A DNA stretch of 64,000 bases from Bispira polyomma (GCA_965649765.1 OZ287752.1:86676001-86740000); one strand, 5' to 3'; shown: positions 10,980 through 25,000, counted from the first letter of the stretch. Numbers and translations: made by a program. Notes: generated by a model not told the origin, from the sequence alone.

Positions 10980-13270
10980 AATGGCTGGCTACGAAAACCT
11001 GATAGTGTCTGCTAGACAAACCGGTTACATTCCGCCGGTGCAGCGACAGCAAGGCTGCGCCTTCCAATTTTCTGTTCAGGGCGAAGTGAAACAGATAGTC
11101 TATTTCCACGTGTCAGGCTGCTGGACTGGATTAAGGAAGATAGGTAGGGTGGTTGGGAATAGTTAATAGCCTTGAAAACTAGCAGGTTGTTCTTGAAAAG
11201 GATCAGATGTTCAATGGGAAGCCAATGGAGATTTTTAAGGTAAGGGGTGACATGCCTAAATCTGTCAAGCCTGAAAACAATGCGATAGAGAGCATTTTGA
11301 AATCTCTGGAGTTTGGCAATATTAGCCTTTCTGACCCCATATAGTAATATATGTGATATTGTTTTGGAGAAATGAAATAGGAAATTTTGGTGTAAGTGAC
11401 TTTGTTGTGGTTTTTTTTTTTATAATGAACTCTGTTTTATTTGGGTTGAATTTTAATTTTGCACAATACATCCACTCCTGGATTGATTTTAAACAGTCAG
11501 TGAGCTCGGCAATATCTGAGTAAAAGTTCGTGGAGTTCGTGATGGGTAACATTAAACTTTGAAATGACTTGACTGAGGGGGGTAGTATACAGGGTGAAAA
11601 GCAGAGGACTCAAGACAGAGCCTTGGGGAACACCGAAGGGTAGCAGACAAATCCTAGAAAAACTGCTACCAATTTTAATTTTTTGTTTACGGTCTTGGAG
11701 GTAGGATTTAATCCACCGTAATACAGTCCCATCAATTCCAAACCAGTCCAATAAACAGTCATATAAAATGGAGTGATCGATGGTGTCAAAAGCTGCAGAG
11801 AGGTCTAGCAATGTAAGGGCCACTGCCTTTCCCAAGTCCACTGAAGTAGCTATATCGTTTTGAATCTTGAGTACAGCGGTCTCTGTGTTGCTAATTGGAG
11901 TTATAAGTATGTCAATACAATCCTTGACCAGAGAGGTCGGAATGGGGTCAAGGTTACATGATTAAGAAGGGGAGAATTGTTAAATTTTGAGCAAGTCCTG
12001 CTCGGATACTGGTGTAAAAGTAGACAAAGTGTGTTTCATGAGGTGTGGTCTAGTGATTGCCACTGAAAATGAAGACTGTAAGGTGGACCTAATATTGACT
12101 ATTTTCTCAAAAAAGAAATTACCAAAAGTGTTAGCCAAGTTGGCAAGGTTTGTGTAGTCTGGCAAAGCAACTGCCGAGGACTTATGTAGTATGGTTTTAA
12201 AACATTTCCATAATGCTTTTGGGTTTCCCTGATTTTGAACAACAATGTTTGAGTAGTGGCTGCATTTGGACCGCTCCAGAAGGTAGTTGTAGTGATTAAC
12301 TGCAGCATGGTATCTGCTACGATTACTCATAGAGTTATTGCGGCGCCATGCATGGTCATGTTTCCTCTTGAGATGTTTTGCAGCAAGAATATTGCTGTTC
12401 ATGAATCCAATCTCATGATGCTTTGTTACACTCTTCCTCTTCATTGGGGCATGCTTGTTAAGGAGGTTATGCAGGGTGGTAAAATATTGATGACTGAGAA
12501 GACTAGCTGTTTTGTGGGGACATCTAATTAGGTCAGAACGAAGGATATCTGACCTAAAGTCTAAGATATTTATATTATGTATCTCCGAAAGTTGACCTGT
12601 CGGAAATTACAGAATTCTTTAACTGGAATAGTAAAAGTAAAGGTGATTGCCAGGTAATCTGATAAACCAGCTACAACTTTTGAGCAAACAGCTGGCGAAA
12701 GGGATTCCCTGACGCACAGAACCTCCAGCGTGTGGCCGTGAATGTGTGTAGGTGAATTAATCAGTTGAACCAAACTGTATTGTTTAAGGGTATCGTTTAA
12801 TTTTAGTGACCAGGCATCCTGTTTGGCCAAATGGAAATTAAAATCGCCCAGCAGGATATTTTCAGAGCTTGACAAAACAGCACCATCAAGGAACAAACCT
12901 AGGTCATTCAGGAACTTGGCTTTTGAGACATCAGGTGGCCTGTACAACACATGAAAGACAATCTCCGGAGCACTGCTGGTTGTTATCTGAACGGATGTGC
13001 TTTCAAAGGTTTCAGAGCATGATAGCGACAGTGTCTTAAAGCACAAATCTTTATGAATGAAGAAACCACCTACCACCCTTCTTGATGGCGCAGGGTACAT
13101 GAGTGAATTTATAACCTGGAGGAGTGACACTGGCGATGAAGCTGTCTGTGTCCTCCAGTTTGAGCCATGTCTAGATGACTGCAATAAGATCAGTCCTATT
13201 GTCCTTTACAAAATCCAGGAAAGCAGCAGACTTGTTTCTTATGGATGTAAGGTTGAGCAGACACTTGAAG
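10980..13270 (-). mobile_element. Decayed L2/CR1-superfamily LINE ORF2 (APE endonuclease + RT)
   Basis: CLLNLTSIRNK, LYRPP, LLGDFNFH and PTHIHGHTLE mark the APE. LLDLSAAFDTIDH and GVPQGSVLSPLLF mark the RT. HVTPYLKNLHWLPI is a C-terminal motif typical of L2. Many stops and frameshifts. Confidence 0.9.
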
Positions 13271-14299
13271 AAAAAAAAAGTATGAAGACTTAAGACTTTG
13301 GAAGTATGATGCCAAAGAAGACACAATTGTGGCTTTACCAAGGTTTGGACCTAGAGTCCCTGATCATCAGACCAACTCATTAACCACTAGGGTATGCTAT
13401 ATTTTGGGAATAAAGTCTGCAAGTGCTTCATTGCAGATTATACTGAAGGACGGCTTTACTGGCAGAATAATGGGCGAGGGCTGATAGAGTGCAAACTCAA
13501 AGACTTAATTCTTATTTTAAAGACCAATAATAGTGTATTTTTAAGTACTGAAAATATATTTTCCATGTTACTGTGCAGTTTTGGCTGTTCCATCTTCTGA
13601 ACACACCCACAACACAAAAGTCGGCAGAATAGAAAACATGGCTACACATATCCATTTATTTATTTTAGAGCACAACAATTTTAATTGTAACATACATTAA
13701 ATAAAAGTCGATGTACTTTAATTACTCCGAAGGTAAATATTGAAATAGGAATGTCCTTTTGCAGCTAACAGCAAATACAATATTCCAGTCATTCACTCAA
13801 CTTGTAAATCTTTTGAAGTTTCGACCAATTTATTTAAAGATACATATAACACTTAGTTGAATTTAATTTACTTAAACTTAGTTGGGATTTACATTGCTTC
13901 TAACAGATCAGGCCTAGACCACTAAGCCTCATGGAACAGTTATCAACACACACACACACAAAAAAAAAAAATAGTTCTATCATTTGTAATGGTTGGCCTA
14001 AATGCCTAAGATAATACCATAATTATTGTTTTGTCAAATAATTTTTAATACTCTAAATTCAAGAGCATGCTCTCCAACCATGAGTAATCAAGGAGAATGA
14101 GGACGGGGAATGGGGCTTAGGTAAAAAGGTCTGGTGTAAACATCAATAAAGATCTGTAATCAACAACAAAAAATATAACAAAGTGAATTCCAGTGGCCTT
14201 TTTGAGACATTGATTCAACAGAGAAAGAAACTATTTAAAATATAACAATTTTGTAAATATTAGTCTATGGAACCTCTGGACGATGATATCAATAAGTAA

Positions 14300-15410
14300 T
14301 TGTAATTAGACTTTTATCGCACTTAATCTCCCCTTAACAAAGGGGACTCTAGTGCACCAGCACAAAAGACCAATTTCCAAAATCAAGGGACAGAAAAGGG
14401 TCAGCACCACAGAGCGTGCCTGGGGATGATTGAGACTAAGGTGGGTATGCTTTAGTGTACAAGTGGGTTTTAAGCTGCTTTCTAAAACAAGCTAGTGAGG
14501 GAGAAGCACGAATCACATCAGGAAAAGCATTCCAAACAATAGGAGCATCAAATGCATACTGTGACCAAACTGTTTAACCGACTTTTGAGTAGATGGGTGG
14601 AATTTCGGAACAACAAGGAAATTACTACCACTGTGACTACGTCTGGTATTGTAGGAACTACTGTAAGTGGAAAGATATGGGGCAATATACTTTGGAAACC
14701 CTGTGTAAAGAAACTTATAAACAAGTGTAGCTGTCTTAAACACTGAACGCTGTTCAACGGGAGTTATACTGGTGTATCGACTGGTGTTTGACACATTTCT
14801 ACCTGCACTATTTTGAATGCATTGTAATTTACGTAAATTAAACATTGAGAGACTCCTGAAAAGCGACTTTTGTCAGTCTACTACTAACAAAAGAATTGGC
14901 CACAAATATAGAAGCATCATAAGTGAGAAATCGCCTGACACGTCTAAAGTCCCGGAGTTGCACAAAACAGCTTTTGCAGACACTTTGAACGTGTTTAGAG
15001 AAAGAAACGTCAGAGTCAAACCATACACCCAGGCTCTTGACAGAATCAGCTGGGCTGAAAGGGCTACCCAGGATGTCAACTAGAAACAATGCTTTCAACT
15101 AATCCTTCTGTTGTTTTGAGCCAAAGATTATGAACTCAGTCTTGTCGGGATTATGTTTGAGTTTACCAGTTGACATCCACTGTGTCACATCGTCAAGGCG
15201 ACTGTTCAACTGTTTAAAGGCAGTAGATGTGGTCTTATGGGATAGATGAACATAAATTTGGGTATCATCTGCATAAAAATGAAACTTAATACCTGTGTAT
15301 TTGCCCATAACCAATCTGAAAGGGGCAGTGTATAATGATACCAACAGAGGGCCCAAAACAGAACTTTGAGGAACACCAAACAAGAGTTTACACAGATCGG
15401 ACAAAGTAGA
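14300..15410 (-). mobile_element. 5'-truncated L2-like LINE (RT C-terminal half, 3' UTR and tail)
   Basis: GVPQSSVLGPLL, HFYADDTQIY, NPDKTEFIIFG, VKSLGVWFD. The 3' end AGATTAAGTGCGATAAAAGTCTAATTAC resembles the end of the copy at 19420-19452. Confidence 0.9.
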
Positions 15411-15423
15411 GTAAGTGTCTCAG

Positions 15424-16231
15424 AGTGGTATTTCAGTAGTACCTGTTTTATGGAGGTGGTATTTCAGTGGTACTCGTTTCATGGATGTAGTATTTCAGTA
15501 GTACCTGTTTCATCAAGGTAGTATTTCAGTAGTACCTGTCTCATAGAAGTGGTATTTCAGTAGTAGCTGTTTCATGGAGGTGGTATTTCAGTAGTACCTG
15601 TCTCATACAGGTGGTATTTCAGTAGTACCTGTCTCATAGAAGTGGTATTTCAGTAGTAGTATTTCAGTAGTGGTATTTTAGTACCTATTTTAGTAGCTGT
15701 TTCATGGAGGTAGTATTTCAGTAGTAGCTGTTTCATGGAGGTGGTATTTCAGTAATACCTGTTTTATAGAGGTGGTATTTCAGTAGTACCTGTGTCATGT
15801 ATGTGATATTTTAGTAGTACCTGTTTATGTACGTATTTTAGTACCTATTTTAGTACCTGTTTTATGGAGGTATTTTAGTAGTACCTGTTTCTTAAAGGTG
15901 GTATCTTGGTAGTACCTGTTTCATGGAGGTAGTATTTTAGTAGTACCTGTTTCATGGAGGTAGTATTTCAGTAGTATCTGTTTCATGGAGGTGGTATTTT
16001 AGTAGTACCTGTTTCATAAATGTGGTATCTTAGTAGTACCTGTTTCATGTAGGTGGTATTTTAGTAGTACCTGTTTCATGGAGGTGGTATTTCAGTAGTA
16101 CCTGTTTCATGGAGGTAGTATTTCAGTAGTACCTGTTTCATGGAGGCGGTATTTTAGTAGTTCCTGTTTCATGGAGGTGGTATTTCAGTAGTACCTGTTT
16201 CATGTAGGTGGTATTTCAGTAGTACCTGTTT
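15424..16231. repeat. 31-bp minisatellite GTGGTATTTCAGTAGTACCTGTTTCATGGAG, roughly 25 units
   Basis: Directly visible tandem array with unit variants. Confidence 0.95.
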
Positions 16232-16239
16232 CTGTCTTT

Positions 16240-16390
16240 GTTTTATAATAATAATTGAAGCATTCATAGAGCGACAAATTGATGAGAACATCCTGTAAAG
16301 CGCTGATATCCAAAAGGGGATGGTCCAGGGGCGAGCAAAAGGTTGGTCCCAAAAAAGCATCCACCAGGAAAGAGACTAAGGAGAGGTAGA
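16240..16390 (-). mobile_element. 3' end fragment of an L2-like LINE with (ATT)n tail
   Basis: Homologous to 8595-8770. Confidence 0.5.
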
Positions 16391-16409
16391 CCCTAGTATG
16401 CGCCTGGAG

Positions 16410-19400
16410 ACGCCAGATCGTTTCTCATTTATAACAACAATATTTGTATCTCTGCCGCTGGTATTATTAGGCACACGGCATCAACTGTTACAAAAAATTA
16501 TCAATACCACTTTGAATACCAACAACACCAAAAAAGCGATACACACCACACAGTCTGGTGTCTTTTACAAAGGAAAAACCGTTTTCCACCGGTTACCAAT
16601 GCCATAAACCTTAGCCTTATCCTGCTCCTTTGTGGTGATGTCTGTCTAAACCCTGGTTCTTTTTAAGTTTGGCATGGTGAACTGTCGTTCCATCCAAAAT
16701 AAAGGCCCGGTCATGCAAGATAAAGTGAATGCCGGCAAATACAATATTTTGGCCATCACAGAATCACACATTAGGTTAACTGACACGCCTGCCTTCTGAG
16801 ATCCCTAACTCCAGTTGACTACAATCTCGTTCAAAAACCATGTCAGTCTGGGCTGGTGTAGGCTTTCTTTATCAAAAGTAATTACAACTTCAAAATAATC
16901 AGTAGTCCAGACTATACTACCTTTGAAAATATAGTCAGCTGCTTTTCCAGATCATAGCTTGTCTTTTGCATGCATCTATTGCCCTCCTACTTCCAATATG
17001 GCAAGTTTTCTGGATGACTTCTGATCATATATGAGTTTTCTCAGCTCTGCCAGCTCCTCATTTGTGGTCAGTGGTGATTTCAATATTCACAATAATGCCA
17101 ATTTTAGTTCTATACTGGATTCGTGCAATTTAACTCAGTATCTTTCCACTCTCACCCACATTCATGGTCACATCTTAGACCTCATTCTGCCTCCCACAGA
17201 TCTCGAGTTAGTTAGAAATACAAGGTGCTGGGACTTCATATCTAATCATGGTGGTTGTTTTATGTGATGTTAACATAATACCTCAAACTGAATCAGTCGA
17301 GCGTACTGTCAGTTTCAGGGGTTATCACCGTATTGACATCTGCAAACTAAAGTTTGACCTGTCTACCATTCCCTTTGTCACAAACCCTTGTAAAAATGCT
17401 ACTGACTTGTATAATCAATACATCAGTGACCTTAAACTATTACTTGACAAACATGCCCTAGTTAAAACTAGATTACTAAAAAAACTAGCACCAAAATGGG
17501 TAACTGAAGCATACCGTACAGCTAAAGCACTGGGCCGTCAATATGAAAGAGCCTGGAGAAAAGAGAAAAGTCCACTAAACAGATCTAGATTAAGGAAACA
17601 GGTTGCATGGTGCAATAAATTGTTAAATAAAGCAAAAGGAGATCACTACAAATCAGTCATTGAAGAAAATTCACAAAACGAGCAAAAGCTCTGGCAAGAA
17701 TTGCGCAGAGTCCTCCATACCACACCTGAGTCCATCCTTCCAGCATTCAAATCAGGAAAATCTCTGGTAGAAAAATTTGGGGTTTTCCTCAGTGAAAAAA
17801 TTAAAAATATCAGAAACATGTTCTCTGGCTCAAATACATGTTGCTTTCCCCCTACCAGACCTCCACCGAATTTCTCTGGCTTTACCCAAGTTTCACAAGA
17901 TGAAGTCCTAAAGACTATGAATGAATCCCCCACTAAAACCTGCATGTTAGACCCCGGCCAACCTTCCTGGTGAAGGAAAGTATTGATATACTCCTACCCT
18001 CTATCACCAGACTTGTCAACCACTCTCTTGCAGAGGGTATTGTACCTGATAAATTTAAACAGGCTGTAGTAACTCCCCTTATAAAGAAACCATCATTACC
18101 AAAAAATGACCTTAAGAATTATAGGCCAGTATCAGGCCTAAATTTCATTTCCAAGCTAGTGGCAAGAATTGTTGCAAAACAAACAACAGAACATATCAAC
18201 AAAAATGGTTTAGGTAATCTCCTGCAGTCTGCTTTTAAACAGGGCCATTCCACTGAAACAGCTCTTCTATTCATCAAAAATGAAGTTCATATATCTCTTT
18301 CAAAAGGTGTCGGCAGGTTTCGATACTATTGATCATGCTACCTTGCTTGAATACTTATCGTCCTGGTTCAGCTTTCATGGTACAGTTCTCGAATGGTTCA
18401 CTTCATATCTCTCAAATCGATTTCAGTCTGTTAAAATAGGCTCCACTCTGTCAGAGTTGTTTAAGCTTGAGTTTGATGTTCCCCAAGGGTCAGTTCTGGA
18501 CCTTATCTTGTTTTCATTGTACACTACTCTGCTCAGCTATATCATCAACAAACCTAGCAATATCAAGTACCACTTTTGTGCTGATGACACACAGCTGTAT
18601 GCTCATCTCTCATATAAAAATGCCACAACTGTTCTCAACAGTCTAAAAAGTTGTCTCAGTGATGTTCAAAAATGGATGTTTGCCAACAAGCTTAAATTAA
18701 ACCCGGAAGACAAGTTTTTACTATCCGAATCAAAAGCACAGGCTGATAGATTTAAGGATTTCTTCCAAGTCAATATTTTAGGAAACATGGTGTATCCTGC
18801 AAGTGCTGTCAAGAATCTGGGGGTGTGGTTTGATTCTACGTTTTCCTTCTCCAAACAAGTTCATGAAGTTTGCAAGTCTTGCTTCATCCAAATGAGGGAT
18901 CCAAGAAGAGTTAGGCGCTATTTGTCAGCCAGTACTGCTACTATGGTCGCAAATGCTCTGGTTACAAGTCGGCTTGACTACTGTAATTCTCAACAAGCTT
19001 AAAATTAAACAGCCACCTTAGTCTACAAATTCTTAAATTATGGCCTTCCAGCACACTGGAATCCATACCTCACACTTTACACATGCAGTCATAATACCAG
19101 AAGGAGCAGACCGGAAGAACGTTACCTGACTGTTCCAAGATTTATCTCAACAGTACACAAATCAAAATGTCAGTTTAACAATAGCTTTGCTCATGATGCT
19201 CCAACACTTTGGAATGAATTACCTGCCGAAATTCGTGGTGCAACCTCACTTACATCCTTTAGAAAAAAACTTAAAACCTACTTATTTGACAATGCTTTTC
19301 CACAATAGCCCTAAATTCACCCAGCGTCTCCATGGTGCTGACCCATGCTTGTCCAACAGAAATGTAAATTGAATAAGGATACTGTCCTGCGCCTTAGAAT

Positions 19401-19452
19401 CCCCTAAGAAGGAGAGATTAAGCGCTATAAAAGTTAGATTAGATTAGATTAG
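16410..19452 (+). mobile_element. Near full-length ORF2 of an L2-clade LINE (decayed) with (TTAGA)n tail
   Basis: NCRSIQNK, AITESH and SGDFNIH (APE); KNYRPVSGLNFISKL, FDTIDH, PQGSVL and CADDTQLY (RT). 3' end AGATTAAGCGCTATAAAAGTTAGATTAGATTAGATTAG. Confidence 0.92.
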
Positions 19453-20389
19453 ACCAGTCTGAAAAGGTAGGTTTTAAGATGACTGTTACTGGTTGGCTTT
19501 ACTGATGTAATTAAAGGAAAAAGTTTGGTGACCATTTTTGAATTGCAGAGAGCAGACGGATTATTTCAACAAGATTAAATATTACAAACAGTTCTAAATG
19601 CATTAATCAGTCTGGTGAATTGTAATATCCCTAGTAACCATCTATCTACCCACTTAATTATATTGGCCAATGATTTTCAGACATGTACAGGTCTACAGAC
19701 CGGCCATAACTCACTCGACAAAAACTAGATCACACAATGACATATTGAGATGTAGAGTGAGCATGCACTAAAGGACTAAAATACTAATTATACAATATAG
19801 AATGACTCATGCCTATAGCTTAATGCTTTATCATCTTGGGGTATATATGTTTTAAGTCATGACTATGCCATCTATTTTACCGGAACAATTAGAAGGAGGG
19901 GAAGGAGGGGCATTGCAAATACAAAATCTTGAGCATCTAAATAATTATGTTCAGCAATATAGACATATATCTTGCCTTACTCATGATTTGTTTTAAATAC
20001 AATGCAATCTCTGTTATATGTTAAATATTAATGTGCAAATCTACTTCTACTTTCAAATTATCAGGATATTATTCATTCTTATATATCAAATATTGCACTT
20101 AGTATCTAGCAAACAGGTCAAATGTTGATATTCTAACTAAAATATAAAGTCGTAACACTTGAAAGATTTGAAAAGTTTGTCTTTGTAATAAATATTAAGT
20201 TATTTTTGTCCCAGCAAAGGCCAACTTTTGTGAGAGTGATCATTTTAATAGACTTCAATTGACAAATATGAGCATGTTCATAAAATTTCTGGATGTTAAA
20301 GTTATAATATAATCTTAAAACAATGCATGCCATATATGTAAGTACAGTTAACTGTATTGTCGAGTTCCTTGCTGAAAAACTGTCTCCTG

Positions 20390-20595
20390 TAGAATAGTGG
20401 TTAAGAAGGTGGTGTGGTGATTAGAAGGTACATGGTTCGAATCCTGACTAAGCAGTTTGGTCTGGCGATCAGCAGATTTCCAGTTCAAGTTACTGGTAAA
20501 ACCTTTAATGGCCATGTAATAGTATAATAATTATGGTTTATCCATATGATGTTGTGCTTTACACGATGACCAGCATCAACACGGCGTATGAATAT
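20390..20595 (+). mobile_element. tRNA-derived SINE copy
   Basis: A-box-like TAGAATAGTGGTTAAG at about 20390 and B-box GGTTCGAATCC at 20434-20444; no intact cloverleaf. Confidence 0.5.
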
Positions 20596-20699
20596 TCAAA
20601 ATTATAATACACAGTTATAAGGTAAAGTAGTACTTGATATAGTGACTGCATGTGTAAATTTATGGTTCTTAAAAAGTAAAAATCATTCGGTTATTGGAA

Positions 20700-21960
20700 A
20701 AATGATTTCAATTAGCTTCACAACCAGTCAACTATGAGTAAATCAAATAAAATGTTAAGGACCTCCCTATGTTTTTGCACGCCTTGATTGGTGAAATTAT
20801 TTAGAAAAATGCAAGACCTCGGTGGTGTAGGGATAACATTCTCGTGCCCCTCATATGTAGTCATGGATTGGAATCCTGGTTTACGCAGAGAGCAGATATC
20901 ATTTTCATGTACAATAACTAACAAAAAATATACAATAATGTTATCTTTTTATACAATGATCACTAGTCATCTTCTAGTCATTCTTAGCCGGAATGTATGC
21001 TATACTTTATGTATACAACAATTGCATAATTTGTACCCTTTGTATGTAATGGTGCATCGGTACATGTCAGTCCCAACCCAAAAGGCGCAAACATATGTGC
21101 TAAAAATTTTTGGAGGTTTTTGTAACATTTGAAAAAGCTTTTCCAGTTTTTTCATATGTTTAAAATATCCATTATCTCTGTCTGTGTGACATGCCACAAA
21201 GGATAACTCTATATTGCTTCAGGAAGTGACCGGAAGGGTGTGCCGTTCATGAAAATGTGTAAATCATTTCTGGATTGTTGATCCGGAAAGCATGATTATT
21301 TTCCATCCAGAGCCTATCCATAAGAAACTGGGGCCCATAAATTACCCCAAATATTTTTCCAAATACAACTTTGCTTGTCTATTTGTAACTTTTTTCTCTA
21401 TTTTATTTTGTCACACTTTATTTTGATTTTTGAAACAAATCTCACCTCTTGCAAAACGTGGCCCAAGCATCAGGTTTAAAAAAAATTAAAACCTAAATAT
21501 ATCAGGGAATTGTTTAGGGTCAAAATGTAGTTTGATAGATGTCAGGGCAATGGACTGCATACATATTTTTTTACTTTATATAACCAGTAATACCACCAAT
21601 ATTGCAAAATAAAATTTTTATAAACCATACAGCCAGTTACGAGCGGCCTGTTGTTTCACCGACTGTAACCCTTTGTGCTCCGGTTTTCCTCTTTTGCTAA
21701 ACGATCACACTCTGATCACAGTTAGAAACCATATAGTTGGTGCTTTGTTAATGTTGGAAGCCATCCGTTACTTATCTTATTCTGTAACGGGAAATTTGCA
21801 CTCTGTAATCCGTTGGTAATCTGTTGGTACCAGAGTGACAATACATTTCCATCCAGATTCATACTTTCCCACTCTGTGTCTTCCAAAGCCTGGTCGGTAA
21901 CGGAACACACAGCAAATAAATAGGGTTCTGCTGCAAACACAGCTCATTCTTCATCTTTCA
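20700..21960 (-). pseudogene. Fossil PIF/Harbinger transposase
   Basis: Fragments across frames, in the expected order: AEPYLF...EDTEW / ESGWKCIVTL (compare EPGLKLAVTL), ALDGK (first catalytic Asp), CAF..., NCCIH..., QKHREVL...DW. Heavily degraded. Confidence 0.5.
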
Positions 21961-22029
21961 CATCTTATTGGTATTTTGATTGCAATTTTGGGAAAGCATA
22001 TATACATATGCATTTCTTTAGTATGCTAT

Positions 22030-22760
22030 GTGGCAGGAAATCTAAAAGAAAAGCAGCGGGGCCTGAATGTGAGGGCCCAGAGGAGGTGCACAGGTGACAT
22101 AGCAGGTGGAACAGGAGACAAATCAGGTAGCACAGTAAACACAGCGTGATGATCCTGGTGAGGGAAAGGTAAAGGTAACTGGCAAATCAGGCGCTGGAGC
22201 AGCCGACATGACAGACAGGGCAAAATGGATAAAATCCAAAATGACCTTCCTGGAGAAACATATATACAGGGTGCACAGCAAACAGACCATGAGTCATCCT
22301 TCTTCGACTTTGACTAAAAGAATAGACAGCCTGGGAAGCAGAAAAGACAGCCAGAAAACAAGGTGTGTGTTATTACCATGAGATGTTATTGTAGCAGCCC
22401 TACCCCAGTGAACACTGGAAGGAGGTCGGCAAAGAAGACCACACCGATCCCTACCGTCAGCGATGAACGGATCTTGTTCCTGAGGAAAAGGACCCAGAGC
22501 AGCCAGACAATGGGAACCAAGTTGCAGGAGTTCATGCACAAGCCCACTGAAGGGTTGGCCTAAGATGCCTGGGCGGGTTCGATTTCAACCCAAATCAAGA
22601 CAATCCACCCAAATTTCATAAAACAATTTTAAGACAGAGAGCTTACTAATAATGCAGAAGTACACCATGAAGTCTGAAAAGCACAGGAAGTAGGAGGAGC
22701 AGAAGAAGTTGTGGGAGAGTAGTCCTTTTAGGAAATTAAGATCCTAGATGGAGACTTCTA
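22030..22760 (+). pseudogene. Fossil Harbinger-associated Myb/SANT-like (MADF) protein
   Basis: 22172-22290 translates as KVTGKSGAGAADMTDRAKWIKSKMTFLEKHIYR, matching the KSG...T.R..W....FL..HI end of MADF domains. Downstream DAWAGSISTQIKTIHPNFIKQF. Divergent orientation to the transposase remnant. Confidence 0.6.
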
Positions 22761-23689
22761 TGCCATCCACACACCTCAGACCATGGCAAACCCAACTGCA
22801 CCAGTAGTAGTCCTATTAAAAAGTACTTAAAGGGATTCCTCCCTTGGCCTCAACCTTATCTTATCTGAGCTGGGAAGTTTAAACAACATTTGCACAAGTA
22901 CGACCACCTTTCGCTTCAATACCGTACAATGATGTCTAAAGGTGATAGAAGTAGATTTATATTCGTTTTATCTTGGATATAACTTTCTAAATATTGCAGA
23001 CATCTTGGCCAAATTCCCTTCTTTAATCAAATGACCATCATTTTACAATAAGTAGTTGTTTTCAATGGCTGTTAAACCTCTTACTAAAACACATCCATAA
23101 CACCATGACTATAATAAAATGAATAAAATCATACAAAACTAATTCAATGTAAAACTACAAAATTCCAGTTAACCAGATTTAGTTTGAAGTATACCAGAAC
23201 CTGCTGTAGTGCCACTCTATAATCAAGGACTCATTATCCCCACCCCCCAAAAAAAACAAAAACATATTACATATACACCATCCCTCCAATGCAGGATTAC
23301 CATGTGAATAAAGACACAGTTAATTATAGTTGACTAAAAATCCGCCAAACCAACCCCACCACTACCTCTAATGTTTGTACTGAAGAGTATGAAATATATC
23401 TTTTTTGATAGTAAAATATCTGAGGCTTCACATAATTATTTACTAAAAAAAATGTGTCAAAAGCTGTGTAGTAAGATCATTTTTGATTAAGTTAGGTTAA
23501 TGTAACCAGCACCCAGTGTCAACATGTGAAGGTTCGATGTCAAACAAGATGTTATCAAGAGCTCAGAAGTGAGAAATCTGAGCTTTGATGTAATTTGTAA
23601 TAAGAATACTTAACAGTCTTCATGACAAGTAATTACCTCACTTTGCAGTCGCTTCAAATATCTAATGGAATCTTATTAATTTTGCAATG

Positions 23690-23880
23690 GGGCTTTAACT
23701 TAGAACTAGCGGATTCTAAGACGCAACAAAAAAAATCATAATTCAGAAGTCGGGTTGTGGTGGACGGAAAAAAGGGGTCGTTATCTAGGAGGGAATAGGT
23801 GATGGTAAGACGGTACCAGGAGGTACAACCTTTTTAATAGAGATGGATCTTGTGCTAATGCTTCTAAAAGGTGAAAGAGA
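23690..23880 (-). mobile_element. 3' end fragment of an L2-like LINE
   Basis: Minus strand TTGCGTCTTAGAATCCGCTAG resembles the 3' UTR of the copy at 59570-59590 (TGCGTCTTAGAATCTGCTAG). Confidence 0.45.
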
Positions 23881-24384
23881 GTAAGGGGTGAGATCAAATA
23901 TGATGGTTTGATTCAAAGCAAAAAGTATATGAGTTTTGACCTTCACAATGTTTGGTCAATGTGTTTGAGGGCAAGACATTTTAACCTTTAAAGTCACTGG
24001 TGGGATAGTTTGATTGATCTATGTACAACTTTAAAGAAAAGTTTAAGATTAAAATTGTAAATGTTCTACAAACATAAAATTTATAAGATAAAGTATTTTG
24101 TTGAATAACATATAATAAGATTTTCCCTAAAAATTGTAGGACGGTTAGGATAATATTATCCATCTTCACACTTTTTAAATTTTTGGGGGGTCAGTGACTC
24201 CACATTGGAAAAGGCACTGTGGCCCCCCTATAAGAAGTGGTGTGATTAGTTATATATATACATATTTTGTGATTGACTAAACAAGTTATTGATACAATCT
24301 GTCAGTGTTTAGTACAGATGAGCAATAAGGTAAAACTAAACAAACTATCGCACTACACATCATGTACAAACTTTAATGATACTA

Positions 24385-24572
24385 CAGTTCCCTATTTGTA
24401 GTCAAAGTAAGTTGTTGATATCCAAGTGTCTATGGTTAGTGATATAAGACAATGAAAAGATACTGTTTTGTAGTTTATTTTCCTGTACAAGTTAGTATGG
24501 CTATGTACAATATACAGTAATTAGTATAAAATATATTTAAAATTGAAGAGGTAGCTGAAATTTGAAATGAAC
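24385..24572 (-). repeat. Split direct repeat B2 (3' terminus of YR-2)
   Basis: Near-identical to 25642-25829. Confidence 0.95.
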
Positions 24573-25000
24573 CCTTCAACAGAATAAAAGATATACAATA
24601 ATACTAGTATAACAAAGCACGTAAATAAAAGTACAAAATAACTAGTGTAAATATAAAGCAAACAACCCATATAGTTGAAGCTTATGAGACTAGCCCGTTA
24701 CATTAAAACCATTAAAATTATCAGGGGTACAACTACGTCTACACACACCAGATATAAGTGTTCCTGGGACTAGCCCACCACATTGATTCAGTATATTACA
24801 TTTACTCTATTATTTCTTTAATTCAATACCACTGACATAATGTCACAGCAGTGAGCCCACGACAGCAGACAAATACACATGCAAGTTTCGCACTATGGTA
24901 GACATTGTCAACCGATTTAGTAGGCCTGTGGCCCATCCGACATTTATAACTAAGTTAATAAATAATCAATGTACTGTTTACTGATTTGTGCAGACGTGCA

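Noticed and set aside
15424-16231. CRISPR-like array of repeats of about 30 bp
   Set aside because: Units are head-to-tail with no unique spacers, there are no cas genes and the context is eukaryotic.
20390-20450. tRNA gene (also 54990-55040, 62360-62430)
   Set aside because: A/B-box remnants without a foldable cloverleaf; better explained as SINE heads.
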